The position numbers and the translations under genes were made by a program. From Lytechinus pictus (lineage: Eukaryota): DNA of 64,000 nt. How positions within the stretch are numbered: position 1 is the first letter of the stretch; every line of letters begins with the position of its first letter. Where the stretch lies: contig NC_087252.1 in NCBI RefSeq assembly GCF_037042905.1, positions 23,810,001 through 23,874,000 on the forward strand, written 5' to 3'. Under the pieces are notes generated by a model, which was not told where the DNA came from, made no database searches, and saw nothing but the letters and a program-made list of their open reading frames with translations. Shown piece by piece: positions 10,944 to 24,639 of the stretch.

Positions 10944-13900
10944 CCCTTTGCGTGCGGGCCCGCGAAACCGGATACCTGTCCCTGCGGCGGAGCTGTTTTT
11001 GTACATTGCTGGTATATGGATCTGTGGCGGTGTTTTCCTAATCTATTGCTAATTGCGACAAACTGAAGTATTTTCAGGATTTTTAGTAAATGTAAAGATG
11101 AAAGGTCAGACATTTTTCTTTCTAGAATTAAAGGTCTCGCTTCTCAAATCAACAGAATAGTTAAGAAATTTATGAGGAAGAAGTCGTGTTTTTTTGTCAA
11201 ATCTTCGCTTTTTCCCAAGTCAATAGGCAGTGTGTACAAAAATGCGTAAGGGCAATCAGCACGCGCGGACGAGTCGGGTTCGATCGATACCGCTTTGTTG
11301 TCTGCTCTGGTTCTTTTTTCATTGTCTATTGTCACGCTACTCATGAATGGTCTCTTTACCCCCTTGTATACAGATCATTTGCAAAGTGTATAATTACGAC
11401 GATAATCCGTTTTGGGTAAAATCACAGCATACCAAATACCTCATTTTCCAGAATGAATAAAAAAGGGTGAATATTCCCTTGCAAGTACGATGATGATGCT
11501 GCGCAACGAAAGTCCGAAACTATTTTGTGATTTTTGGCTTCTGGGCTACAAGACGGTGGCCTCAATGTTTCACTAAAAATCGCCTTTGGCTTCTTCTTTT
11601 CATGAATTATAGTTTGTAATAAAAAAATAATTTTGTTCCTGAAGATTGCATACCTGTCTTCGATTTGTTTTCCTGTTGCAATTTCAAAGAGCGAAGGGGG
11701 TAAATATGACTCAAATAGTGGATCTGAAATCATACCTCCAAACGCTCTCCTTGTCTCGTTCTACATTTCATTTTTCTATCTCCCTTTTCCCTCCAAAATA
11801 ACCATGCTACCGATTACTCTTTGTCACAATGAGAGAAAGTAAATTATTTTTATTTACTGAAATGGTAGCATCTAAATTTAATTCAGATGCTTTTAATTTA
11901 AAAGTGTTTTATTTTGTTCTTTCATTTTATTCGTTTTTAACCGTTCTGGATTTTTTCACAACCGAAAACAAAAGTAATAAATAAAGAAAGATTTGTATCC
12001 CGTTTTGTCTCTATCTTTTTAATCGTTCAATTAAATACAGATGCGTTGGAGTCGGTAGGAGGCGTCAGTCCACCCCCCTCCCCATTCAGCAAACGTATAC
12101 AAAAACGCGAAGTCCATAAATTTATGATTTTTAGGGGCCGATCACTCCCTCGCACATTCAGCTCAACCCCTCCATTATAAAAAACGCTTAGCGGTCCCTT
12201 TTATTTATCCATTTTTTTTTAAATATTTGAGTTTTGAAGCTCACCAGGGTAAGCGCCCCAATAGTATGTTTGCCGTAAAAAATATAAGGTCAACCTGTCT
12301 TTTTTTTTTCTTTAAATGGATCCTTTTCTGCTACGCTATTCGGCAGAAAAACAAAAGACAAAAAAAAAAAAAAAAAAAAAAAATGGCGAAAAATTAATAA
12401 CATTTTTAGGGGGGGGGGGAAGGTGCAAGATTGAGAGGGGTTTGTCGGGACACGTCAAACAAACATGGTTTTTTTCAGGTGGATGCCTCAACGTAAATTA
12501 TCATTCTATTTCATCAATTTCCGGCGAGGAAACTTTTAGTTCATTGTTAGTTTTAGTGTTTGAACTGATTATGCTTTGTCGAATTTTCAGTGCAAAAATT
12601 TTCACATGGGAGAGAAGGAGAGAATGAGATGAAGAGCTTCCAAAACCTAACATGACAAATTCATTCTATAAAATGGCGTGAATTACAAATTGAGGTGGGG
12701 GACTAGTATTCTATAATTCTTTTTAAGTAAATATTCATGCAATAGCAAAAGCGCACATTATGGTTTACATTATACCTTTTTGGTCTATTTCCTCTTTTTT
12801 CCCTTCCATCCTTTCTGTCGTTTTATTATTCTCCTATAGATGTATCTCGATTTGCATTTTCTATTCTTTTTTTAATCTCACTTGCATCTTCTTCCATCCC
12901 TATGTGTATCATCACCCAGGGGAAATTGTGTTTTTTTTTTGTGAAGAAAGCACTGTCATGCTCAAGAAGAAAATGTTCTTGCCATGTTCTAAGCGCCTGC
13001 ATGTGTTGTCAATATAAATTGAGTAATCATTTACTTTTTTAATGTTGCTGTCCTAATATGAAAAGCAGTATTCCTAAGAACTTTTTGTATTGCTAAATAT
13101 TATCCTGACGAAATACACTAATCTTCCTTTATCCAGGGTGTTGGCTATTTGTCCCCTGCTCTTTTTATAAGGAATTTGTTTGAGTGTCCGCCATGAATTT
13201 CTTTTGTTTGGGGACTGCCGAGACCAAGAACTGCATGGACGTTTTCATTTTCAAAATAGCGGAGGATAGACGGTGTTCTAAATTCCTTTATTTTCTGTTT
13301 GTTTCCTTTGAAATAGAAGACAAAAATAAGAGCAATATCGGATGAGAGAACGAGGGAAAGCGGGAGGGGGTGGGGGTTCAAAAAATTACCAGGGGCCCGT
13401 TTTATATAAAATTTGTTTACTAATTTTCAATAACACTTAAAAGCTACTGAAATCCTCCTATTTGACTGGCGGATGGTAAATGTGTTTAATTTTTGCGCAT
13501 TTGTCAATATAAAATGTACATGTATAATGTATTTATAAAACGGTACCAATAAGGGATTTCTTCGTTTTCCCTTTCTCTGGTTTCTAACCTATAAACTGAA
13601 TGTATTATCTACCGCTTTCATTCCCTTATATCTATCGTCTTTCTATGCCCCTCCCTTCTACACCTTTTTTCTCTGAGTTCTTCTCATTTAAATTATATCT
13701 GTACATATCGTCTTCCGTCTTCCCGATTTGGATTACGAGGTATATACCCGCCCCCATCCCCCCAATCCTTTCTCTCTGATTTTTCCTTCTCAGTACCTGT
13801 CATTTTACATTACATCTAACGTCTCCCTCCCCTCTCTCTCCCTCTCTCTTCATCGGAAACGCTTCCGAGAGAATGCCTCGTTTTTACCAACTTGTATCGG

Positions 13901-16463
13901 AGATGGGCCTCTCGTCCTATTGCATCGTGGTCATTATGTCGAAATTTTTTGGGGGTTTTCCCCCAGTTTCTCAAATAATGTCCCGAAAACCTTTTAAAAT
14001 TACTATTGTTACTGTCATTTCATAATAAATTCTGTATCATCTTCCATTTTCTATATTGATAACGTGGGTAGATATCTTCGCAAAAGACAATACGATGATG
14101 ATCATCATCGTATGAAAATGCACAACTAAACTATTTTTTGTGAACTTGGGGCTTAGGGTTATGGCAAGACAGAGACCTCAATCTTTCACTAAAAGTAATT
14201 TTCTTTTTTTATATTTTTTTCATAAATCAAATGTCTCATTTAATTCGATTTTCCACGCAGCTATTATAGTAATAAAATAATTTTGTTCCTGAGGTTTGCG
14301 CACCGGTATTCGATTTGTAATATCCTGAAATTATTTCAAAGAGTTAAATCGAATAAAAGTGACTAAAATTATGAGTCAAAAATCATACCTCCCAACTCTC
14401 TTCTTGTCACTTTCTACGTTTCTTTCTTTATCTTACTATTCCCTCAAAAAGAGCCATGCTAGCAATTACTGAAATTAAGAGAAAGTATTTTTTTCTTGAA
14501 TAAATTATAGCCTACGCAATAAAAGGGTTTTTTTTATTTGTTCTTTCGTTTTGTTCTATTTTCAATTTGTCTCATTGGTTTCACAACCGAAAACAAAGTA
14601 ATAAATAAAAAAAAAAAACATTCCTAATAGTTAGAATTCATTTTTGTCTCTATCTAATAGTACAGAGGCTGCGGAGTTGGTAGGAAGTTTCAGTCCTCAC
14701 ACCTTTCAGCAAACATGTACAAAAAAATCCGAAGTCTATATAAATTTGTGATTTTTTGGCAAGTCCACTCCCTCCCACATTCAGCTCAACCCCTCCATTA
14801 TCAAAGCGCTCAGTGGCCCCTGTTTTTTATTTTAAATCAGATATTTTGGTTTATATGCTAACCAGGGTAAGCGCCCCAAATGTTTGCAGTAAAGGAAACA
14901 ATTTTTTTCTATATGAAATCTTTTCTACCACGCAATTCGCCGGTAAAAAAAAGAAATTCGCGAAAAAGTAGGAAAATCAATAAAATTTGGGTCGGTATCA
15001 ACCTTTTTTTTTTTGGGGGGGGGGTGTAGGTCACACATGAATAAAAGTTTGTAGGATTGAGCGGGTTCTGTCTGGTGACACGCCAGACAAACGCGTTTTC
15101 TTTATAGTGGGTGCCTTAACGTAATTTCTCATCATATATCATTCTATTTCCTCCATTTCAGGCGAGGAAACTTAGTTCATTGTTGGTTTTATAATTTGAA
15201 GTGATAATGTTTCCGTCAACTTTTCAATGCAAAAAAAAATCATCTGGGAGAAAAAAGGAGAATAAGATAAAGAGCTTTTAGAACCTAACCTATTATAAAT
15301 TCATTCTGTATATTGACATGAATTAAATAATATATTTTTATTAGCCGTCTCTGTCTCTCATTCTCTCTCGTTCACCGTGACATATAAACATTTTTTTTCT
15401 ATAATTTCCCTAAATGATTCTTCTTTCATCCTCATATGCATCATCACCCAGGGGAAGCGCTTTTATGCAAAATGGATCACTGACCGATGTCATAAGCACC
15501 TGTTTTGTTGGTAATTGAGACAATTTTGTTTTCTTTTTTTTAGATAAAGTATGTTGGTCGGAAAAGTATTCATAAAAACTTGTTGTATTGCTAAGTACGA
15601 AGGGCATTCAATAGGTAATCTTGCCGATAAACGCTAATCTTCCTTTTGTTCGGGGCGTTGACCATCTGTATCCTGCTCTTTTCGGAAGGAATTTGTTTGA
15701 GTTGCCGCCCAGACATTCTTTTGTTTCGGTAGTGCCGATATCATGAACTACATGGACGTTTCCCTTTTGAAAAGAGCATAAGATAAATGGTGTGCTAAAC
15801 TGCTTTCTTTTCTCTTCTTTTTTTTAGAAAAGTAGAGAAAAATAATGAGGGATGATGGGGAGGGAAAAAGTTCAAAAGTGCACCGCGATCAGCTCAAAGT
15901 ACTAAAAAGACATTACAAGCTTTTTGTTTTTCTGAAAATAAAATCGATCGATGAAACCAAGGAGATATCATTCTATCTAGAGTGATATCGTCTTGATGAA
16001 ACAAATAAGACGAAAATCGTGAATAAACGCGTAGGTTATTACGTGACGATCTTCCAGAAATGATTTTAGCTTATCTTTCAAAACAACGATATGGATCAAA
16101 TCACGTGATCAAAACAAATCACGTGATCAGAACAAATCACGTGATCAGGCCTAGTGTGCGCGCGCGTACGTGCACGTCACAAAATTTATCCTCGCCGTCT
16201 GACTCCAGCGAAAAATTCGGGTAAAGTTGAAATTATTTCCTATTTTAGGGATTTTTCTCTACGTAGCTGTGTATTTTTTTCATTCGATTGTCGAAATAGG
16301 TTTATAAAGGAAATAGTGGGAAAGGTTTTAGTACATAACAATTACGAAAAAGCTGAAAAACTTCATCGAATTAAACCAAACAAATCTCGGCTTCTGTAGA
16401 AGCCCGTCGTAGCTAAGTGAACGACTCGCTGGGCTTCTGTGGAAGCCCGTCGCACGCAAAGGG
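10944..16463. mobile_element. Non-autonomous piggyBac-like transposon, 5.5 kb
   Basis: TTAA|CCCTTTGCGTGCG ... CGCACGCAAAGGG|TTAA: perfect 13-bp TIRs and TTAA target duplication. No transposase ORF in the ORF track. Confidence 0.88.
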
Positions 16464-17360
16464 TTAATATAATGCACTACTATGGGGCAAAAATAAAAAA
16501 TGACACACAAGTTGCCTAATATATGTTTGGACAAGATAATGGCAATAATAAATCCAATTACTTAAATCCATTTACTTAAACAATTAGTGACTTGGCAAGA
16601 AGGAAAGGATCCCTACAGACTCTCACCAAGCTACGTATAATGACAAAAAAGCACCTGACAAAATTATTCAACAACAAATCTTTCTCCTTAGCCTCTTGAT
16701 ATAATATGAAATGACACCAATTTCCTCATTTTGCCAAAGACTTGATTCACTTGGATCCAGCCCACACACGATTTCAAGAATGCTGTCTGCAACTTTAACA
16801 GTAAAGTGTAACACTACTTAAAGTCACGTGTCTAAAGGAATAACAAGGCATGTCAAAATTAAGAGCCATGCCTTGCCTGCAGTGGACCCACCAGTTGCAT
16901 TTTATTTCTCATAATTTTTTCATCATGAAAAGATGCAAAATGCCTTTACCATGGAATTCCTGCTGAAAGAGGACACACAGACATTTTGCAAACACAATTT
17001 TCATGTCGGATTATAGAGGATAATATTTTTTTGTAACCTCCACGCATTTAAGGGGAGATATAAAGAGTCTGAAATATTATTGATGCAACATTGATGATAT
17101 TCTAAATTTTCTTACAATTAAATGCTATAAACTCAAATTTGGAGGCAAAATGATTGTTATCGATGCAACAGAGAATAAAATAACAATACGCATAAAACTA
17201 TTGAATGATACCATAGTACCATTACAATCAATTGTACTAGGAATTAATAATAATTAGCATGGGATCATTTAGGTCTACCATAAATAGCAGTATAATTAAT
17301 AAAATGCAGAATAAATAAATGAAATATCAATTAGCATAAAACTATTTAAGGATACCATAC

Positions 17361-17459
17361 CTGATACTTCACAAGATGGTCCTGTGTAGCCATCAGGGCA
17401 GATGCACACTCCGCTGTTACAGAATCCTCCATTGATACAGCTAGGGATACATTCAACAG
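17361..17459 (-). CDS. Exon 12: short EGF-like domain
   Basis: tag|CTGTT...TCAG|gtatgg; (P)VECIPSCINGGFCNSGVCICPDGYTGPSCEVS; 99 nt. Confidence 0.95.
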
Positions 17460-18159
17460 CTATAAAGGAGGGACAAAAGACAGATTCAAATCAATTACAT
17501 TTTATGTTATCTAAATGCAAATAGTGGTCATGCAACATTTATTTGTTCTTGGGTAGTTTCTGTACTTTTCTGCTTCTACAAAGAATATAATGCCATTTAC
17601 AGGTTGACAGAATTACCCAGCTCTGTAAAGGTTACTCATTTAATCCATTCTTCAATTAGTTTATGACCATTCTACCTATTCTGTTATCAAATAAGATATC
17701 AAATTCATTATATAGATGTTATCCAAGAACTATTGTCTTTTATCAGCTTATCTAATTTGGACGAAGGGCAGAAAACTAATTATTACGATTGCTTAATTTA
17801 ATTGTACGAATATGCAAGATTGCAACATCAGCGCGCAAAGGGTTAAGTATCATCTACCAAAATGATGGCTCATACATATATCTGGAGGAGAATTTCATCA
17901 AAAGATAGTCATTGGTTTTCCTTGACTATTGTAATAAGCTACTGAAATCCTTGCATCTGATTGGCTCAGAATAAATCAGTCAGTGAAAATCATAGACAAG
18001 ATGCTTCATGCATCACTCCCCCAGTAGCCGATGGGAAGGTGGGGATCTAGCTGAATTAGACACAATAGTTCTAAGAAGCTGACTATTGCGCAAATACAAT
18101 ATGACCCATTAAATGGCAATGCATTCAACCTGACTAGATCCAACACTGGGTGAACTTAC

Positions 18160-18258
18160 GTCTGATCTCGCAGAATTCACCGAGGTATCCAGCCAAGCAG
18201 TAACACGTTCCATTGATGCAGGTTCCTCCATGCTGACAAAGTTCTGGACAATCACGCT
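18160..18258 (-). CDS. Exon 11: short EGF-like domain
   Basis: tag|AGCGT...AGAC|gtaagt; (K)RDCPELCQHGGTCINGTCYCLAGYLGEFCEIR; 99 nt. Confidence 0.95.
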
Positions 18259-18742
18259 CTAAAAAAATAATAATAACAATAATTACAATTACAATGATAA
18301 AAATATTAATTACAATTACAATGATAAAAATAATGATGATAACACAAATAATAATAATAATGAAAATGAAAATCCATATATTATTGTTCGAAATGAAATC
18401 TGAAAATAGAAATACTCCGAAAATTATTTTTTTTGCCCAATTGATCGTGGGCCTGGCAGCAACTGTACAGCATCAGATCGATGTAGCACTATCCCTTCAA
18501 TCGGTGAATGCCAAACTAGGAACAGCAACTTAACGTCTTTGGTCTGAGGCGGCCGGGGCTTGAACTCCCGACCTCACAACGATTCATCATCATAATAATA
18601 ACAGCATATATAGTGTAATATATTATATAATATAATATATAGTGCTTAATACATTGTTTGTAGGTGCTGCATACTATTACCCGGGCATAAGCACAGCAAC
18701 CCTGATCAGGTGCTTGAGCACTTCAGGAATTCCTTCCTACTA

Positions 18743-19140
18743 GGTGGTGCTGCACCAGCCCGAGTTTGCTCAATCTCGAGATTTAAGCCCAATCGGCCCT
18801 CTTCGCAATTAATCTCGAGATTCAAGAAACCTTGTCTCCACCATCGCAAGAAGAGCGATTCCTGCTCGAGCAAGGCATCGATGCATTATGGTCTGACGCC
18901 GTGAATAAATAATCCTGAGTGTGTCTGCACCTGCAAATTAGCGGGATATTTCGTAAAATAGCGCGCTATTTTGCAAATAATCCCAGGTTGACTTGGGATT
19001 ACAATCTCGAGATTAATCCTACAAACTAGCGTGATAATTGCACCTCCATTACAAATAATCTTGAGATTGTTCAGTTCGGGATAATTTGCCGGATCAGAAA
19101 TAGCGCACTAATTTGAAATCTTGGGCTGGTGCAGACGGCC
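18743..19140. mobile_element. MITE, probably nested in a degraded SINE
   Basis: ctgcaccagcccgag ... cttgggctggtgcag inverted ends, with internal aatctcgagatt palindromes. Confidence 0.65.
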
Positions 19141-19273
19141 CAACTGAGTATAAATGTATTACACATGGGCGGCAAATTTACATAAATGACTTGCCAGAGG
19201 ATGTGAATGCTGTGGTGGGATTTGATCTTTCATTCAAGTAAAAAAGAAGAAGGGGGGAACAAAGTACACTTAC

Positions 19274-19372
19274 TTCTAAACTGGCAGGCTAATCCCTCAA
19301 ATCCTGGTTGACACAAGCAGATTCCATTCATACACCGGGCATTGTTCTGGCATGGTACACGACACTGACGTT
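19274..19372 (-). CDS. Exon 10: short EGF-like domain
   Basis: cag|AACGT...AGAA|gtaagt; (E)RQCRVPCQNNARCMNGICLCQPGFEGLACQFR; 99 nt. Confidence 0.95.
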
Positions 19373-20094
19373 CTGTAAAAAAAAATGATATATATAAATT
19401 TATATAAAATAAAGGCCAGAATTCACAAGAGGGTAAACCGGACGGGGATACCAAACTCATCAATTACAACATTTATGGTTTGTAATGGCAGTTTTAGGTG
19501 GGGGCGCAAGGAGCGCTCTCCCCTCTGTATTTTCAGAATTCAATTGAACATACATATTATATCGCTAAATATAAGAGAAAATTGTCATCTGCTACCCCTC
19601 TATATTTAAATTTGCTATAATCCTGGATCAAATACCAACACTCACACTGAAGGGTGGGGGTGTGTGCATCACATACAATTCAGCCGCACAGTATGGTGAA
19701 ATGAAAAGCGTGCACTTCTTCCAACTGATACTTCCAGATATAGCTATCCTCGAGGATCACTACACGTGAACCAGACTCTGCAATTAGCCATCAGGGTTTA
19801 AATTCTTATGCCCGTATTCTGAAGTCGGGTTTAATTTAAACTCTTGTTTTAAGTTGTGGTTTAACAGTATGGACAGCCAATTGGGGCACGAATCCCTAAC
19901 AGTAAACATTAAATTTATTATCTCATATGACATCTAAATTGTATATAATTGTCTGGGAATGATAACTGAAGTATTTTCCTTCGTTATGAAAGCAAAATGA
20001 AATAAAATGGTAAACATAAGAAATACACAATATAAACAGAATTTCTAAATTTTTGGCTCCCCATAATTTTAGCACAGAGTTAGACTGTGGGTAT

Positions 20095-20557
20095 CACAGG
20101 CCTAATTCATTCCCCATAGACTCGTGTGTTAAATTGGCACTTTAAAAAATTCATAAAAAATAAGGATGAAATTCTGGGGTCGAATGTTTACTACCAGTGG
20201 ATAGGATATATATATCTGGCAATCCATATCTGACCAGAAAAGGGTCCCTCGACCGGCTCATTTTAAAAATAAATTGGCGTGTTTGAAGACATCGTCGGGG
20301 GGAGCAGATTCATCACCTCAAACAGCAAAATAGCCCTAATCCTTCCGCCAGTCAAAATATAGTCCAAAATTTGTGATATTTCTTCCCAATTTGGGAAAAG
20401 GAAGTTCAGTAATTACCAAAAATAGAATCAGTGTTAGATGGACAATCATATGCATACACTTTGTCAATCAGCCATATCAAAATTAAAAAAATAGCAATGG
20501 GTTGGCTCGAATGAATATCTATGGCCTGCCACTAGTGATTAGGCCCATGTAGCCTGT
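20095..20557. mobile_element. CAC-terminal MITE, copy 1 (Chapaev-like)
   Basis: Near-identical to 21550-22011; starts CACAGGC. Confidence 0.75.
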
Positions 20558-21549
20558 ATTGTATGGCACATGAAGGTTTCTTTTTAATTTACCTTCCTGG
20601 CTTTTCTTTAACATCTTTACACTCACTTTATCACAAAGAAATGCATGAAATATACAGATGTGTTATGTAATGACCAATTTTAATGTTACTCCTAATGTCT
20701 AGTGCCCTATGGATTTACACACATCCTACCTGCCTATATGTAGCTCAACAATGGATGCAATGTAGGGCCCAAATCCTATAATGCAAATTGTAGATATGAA
20801 TAGTGTGCATATCTGGATTCAAGATCTGCCCACAATATAAATACCAGATTCACATGGGTTAAATTAGATAACAATAACAAGAAATGACAATCAACATACA
20901 AGCATACTATACATTCACATCTTCCTATGACACGGGCCCAAGGGGTGTAAGAGAGAGAGACAGGGAGAGAGGGGGGTTAGATGGCTTGTATTCTAAATGG
21001 ATGGGGGCTAGTCTGGCTAGAAGTCAGTAAAAGTTGAACAAGATAGCAGTAGCACTCATTCTCAGCCCCCCCCCAAACATACTAACTATGCTTTTCTCTA
21101 CCCCCCTCCCCCCCCCCTCCCTCTTGAATCCACCACTCTTCAGCCAAATTCTAAAGTTTTCTCCTCTCCTTCCCTTCCCCATGAACCAATTTCACAAGTG
21201 CAATTGATGCAAAGCCTATCTAATGTGTATTATATCTTGTGATGGGTGCCATACACGATTTACAGCAGCGCTCGTCGGTATACGAAAACACACGACAACA
21301 TGCAACGCAGAGACAAACACACAGCCTAGCCTAGGTACACAAACACAGAAATACTAATCACAATTTGTTACCTGTTATACCCCCTATGTAGCCTTGTATA
21401 TAGCCATGAAGTTCAGTTTTTGGACCTCTTGATGATTAAAACATGTATACTAGTGAAAGCAATCTGCTACTGAAGTGAAGAGTTTGGGCAGGTATTTCAT
21501 CCACTAGGGAATTCCCCTTGTAATAGGCTATGGTCAAGGTTAGAGGTCT

Positions 21550-22011
21550 CACAGGCCTAATTCATTCCCCATAGACTCGTGTGTTAAATTGGCACTTTAA
21601 AAAATTCTTTAAAAATAAGGATGAAATTCGGGGGTCGAATGTTTACTACCAGTGGATAGGATATATATCTGGCAATCCATATCTGACCAGAAAAGGGTCC
21701 CTCGACCGGCTCATTTTAAAAATAAATTGGCGTGTTTGAAGACATCGTCGGGGGGAGCAGATTCATCACCTCAAACAGCAAAATAGCCCTAATCCTTCCG
21801 CCAGTCAAAATATAGTCCAAAATTTGTGATATTTCTTCCCAATTTGGGAAAAGGAAGTTCAGTAATTACCAAAAATAGAATCAGTGTTAGATGGACAATC
21901 ATATGCATACACTTTGTCAATCAGCCATATCAAAATTTAAAAAATAGCAATGGGTTGGCTCGAATGAATATCTATGGCCTGCCACTAGTGATTAGGCCCG
22001 TGTAGCCTGTG
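21550..22011. mobile_element. CAC-terminal MITE, copy 2 (Chapaev-like), 462 bp
   Basis: gtct|CACAGGC ... GCCTGTG|gtct: CAC/GTG termini with a 4-bp target duplication, as described for Chapaev. Confidence 0.75.
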
Positions 22012-24639
22012 GTCTAAGTTAAACCTCAGGCTGACTTCAGAATACGGGCCTTAGGGTTACAAATCCTCAACATGTGAACATCACTATTATGACTTGGAAT
22101 CGATCCTACATCGAAATCACAACCAACAAATTAGACTCACTAATAAAATTGAGTTTGATGGACACTTTTCATTGAAACGCATCAATGAATCAGCAGACTT
22201 TGTTTTTAGATCTTGTCTAGCAGTGGTGCTCTCTTAGGACCCACTTAAATCATCACATACTAACACTAACGACTTAATGGTTAGCTGATGTTCCGGTAAT
22301 GACGCTACATTTTTAAGACATTAAAAATCATGAACATGACAAGGTTGTTGCATGATGCATCTGAATAGTTTGGGACTGTTACAGGGCAACAAGATCTTTA
22401 AGACAGTGTGATTTATCAACAGATTTAACTCTGAATTGTATAATATGGAGAAGTAATAGGTCTAAGTATATTAATAATAATAATTATAACACGTGTAGGG
22501 TGCTTAATACAGACGTTTCTAAGCGCTCAGTTGTCTGCCTTTCAATTAAATTACCAGGGAAATAAAAAGTAGACTTAATGAATTCAAAACAAAATACTGA
22601 GATTGCATATTTGTTGCCTCTATGATTTACAAATCATCAGTATTTTTTCAAGCTACTACAGTATACAAAATACTTCACTTTATCCTACCTCATGCCATAA
22701 TCACATAGTATAAACCGACTCAAGACCAACCAAATCTATTACGTTATTTCAAATAACATACCATTGTTCGGTTTGGAGTCATTTTCGCTGGTGTGATGTA
22801 GCATTAGTAGGGATAAATCAGTAACATTCCATTCTTATCAATCCATTTCCATATAGACAAAATTTAACAAGAGAACTGTGGCCAATACAGGCTCCAATGT
22901 TTAGGAAGAAAAAACCTTCACCATTTGCAGAACTTTAGGCTTGGACTTCAATATCTTTTTGCACTTTTCAACACATAGTGACATGTGTATAAACTTTGCT
23001 GTACTCAAAACGTCATATTATTCATGAATTAAAACACAAGAAAATAATCTTAAAGGTTATTGGGAACAGAAATATAGCCCAATGATTTACAATGACTGCT
23101 AGTTTTTTAGGCACACATACTTCACAACTTCACAAAATTATCAACGAAGACAGAAATATGGGAACACAGACTTGAAGAAAGCTACCTGTCTACAATAACT
23201 TAATGCATGACATGAAGAGGGCTTAATAAGAAGTTGATAGATGTAATAACTTGGAGTATACCATGAGTCATTCCTTCTTGTCAAAATACACACAGTCTTG
23301 AAATGCCATGGGATTTACTTATGTCAGATAGACAATTAACAAACATTTCCAAATGTTTTTTTCTTCACTTTTTTGTAGAGTAATATAATGTTGTGGTAAG
23401 TTGACATGTCTGCTGAAAAATGACTGCCATGTTTTGTTTTCATTTGTATAAGCTAACCAACTGACAACTGAATTTTTTGACACACAAAGACTTTGTGCAG
23501 AGACTATTTGGTTCAAATAGGCGATGGATTGATATTATAATGTAAAACAATTCATTCCTTCCCATATCATTCAATCATATCTTTTATAAACAGAAGTGCT
23601 GTAGCTAAAGTCATGAATAATGAAATTGAAGAACTAGAAATCATACGTTCCAAATCACTTCCACAATTAAAGCATTCTATTTTATATTTCAAATGGAAAA
23701 TTTGTAATTTACTTAATATTACTTGGGGGATAGCTCAATCATGCTATTCACCTGTAAGCATCTTTTTATTAAACCCACTGTCAATTTTTAGCATGTTCAT
23801 TGAACTGATGTTGATTTAATAGACAATAAACAAGATTGCACAAGCATCCTAAACAAAATCTTAATGGCAAAAGTGATCACAATTGTTATGTCGCCTAGTA
23901 AAGCATAATTTATTTTGTCAAACCACAAAATATAGACCTACTGATTTTTTGAGATTGGCACTTGAAACTGTCACTTAGAAAAAAAAATTTAAACTAAATC
24001 TAAAATCACGTCCAAGGTTTAGTTCTCAAAACCTTCCTTGGAGCTCCGTTCCCATGTCAAAACATCTTCTTTCAGTATTACTGTAATCTTCAACAGCTGG
24101 TTTGAGGGAATGCAAGACAACATTATGATCTATCATTGAGTGAATAAAGTAGGCCTATTCGTGGAGGGGGAGGGTTCAGACCATTTTCTTTAATAAATCA
24201 TTGCATTGTATTTTTCACATTGTAATTTTCAACATACTTCCTTGAAACTTTTCTACATGCTATGTCTAAGACAACATTTAAATTTCTGGGAATTTATATT
24301 CCCTCACTGACTTTGCTCACTCACAAATTTGCAGAAAAGTGCATTGTATAAAAAACGAAGCCCCCTCAAACTTTTACTTCATCACTCTTCTGAAAAAAAC
24401 ATTATAAAGATGGTGTATTGATGTACCACATGTGTACAAGGGAGGAGGCTCACACTAAAAGAGCTCTGAGATTCACACTAAAATTTAGTGTAATATCAAA
24501 CTGAAAATAAATCTGATGTCACTATTTTTTAAGACTACATTTTTATTCCGATCTTAATCATCCATTTTACCCCCAATCCTCATTTTCTCTGTTGTCTCTT
24601 AATAATATTTCCTTCCCCATTCTCTCTCCCAATTTCCCT

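Larger units (their letters stand above)
19810..22050. mobile_element. Harbinger-like MITE split by a 1.9-kb nested insertion
   Basis: gcccgtattctgaagtc at 19810 and gacttcagaatacgggc near 22033-22049 are TIRs; the element is interrupted at 20095-22011. Confidence 0.7.

Noticed and set aside
17830..17846. Second piggyBac-like end (cgcgcaaagggttaa)
   Set aside because: No matching partner end found nearby; at most a fragment.
19646..19778. Candidate exon bounded by cag| and |gtgagt on the minus strand
   Set aside because: Stops in all three frames and no domain signature.
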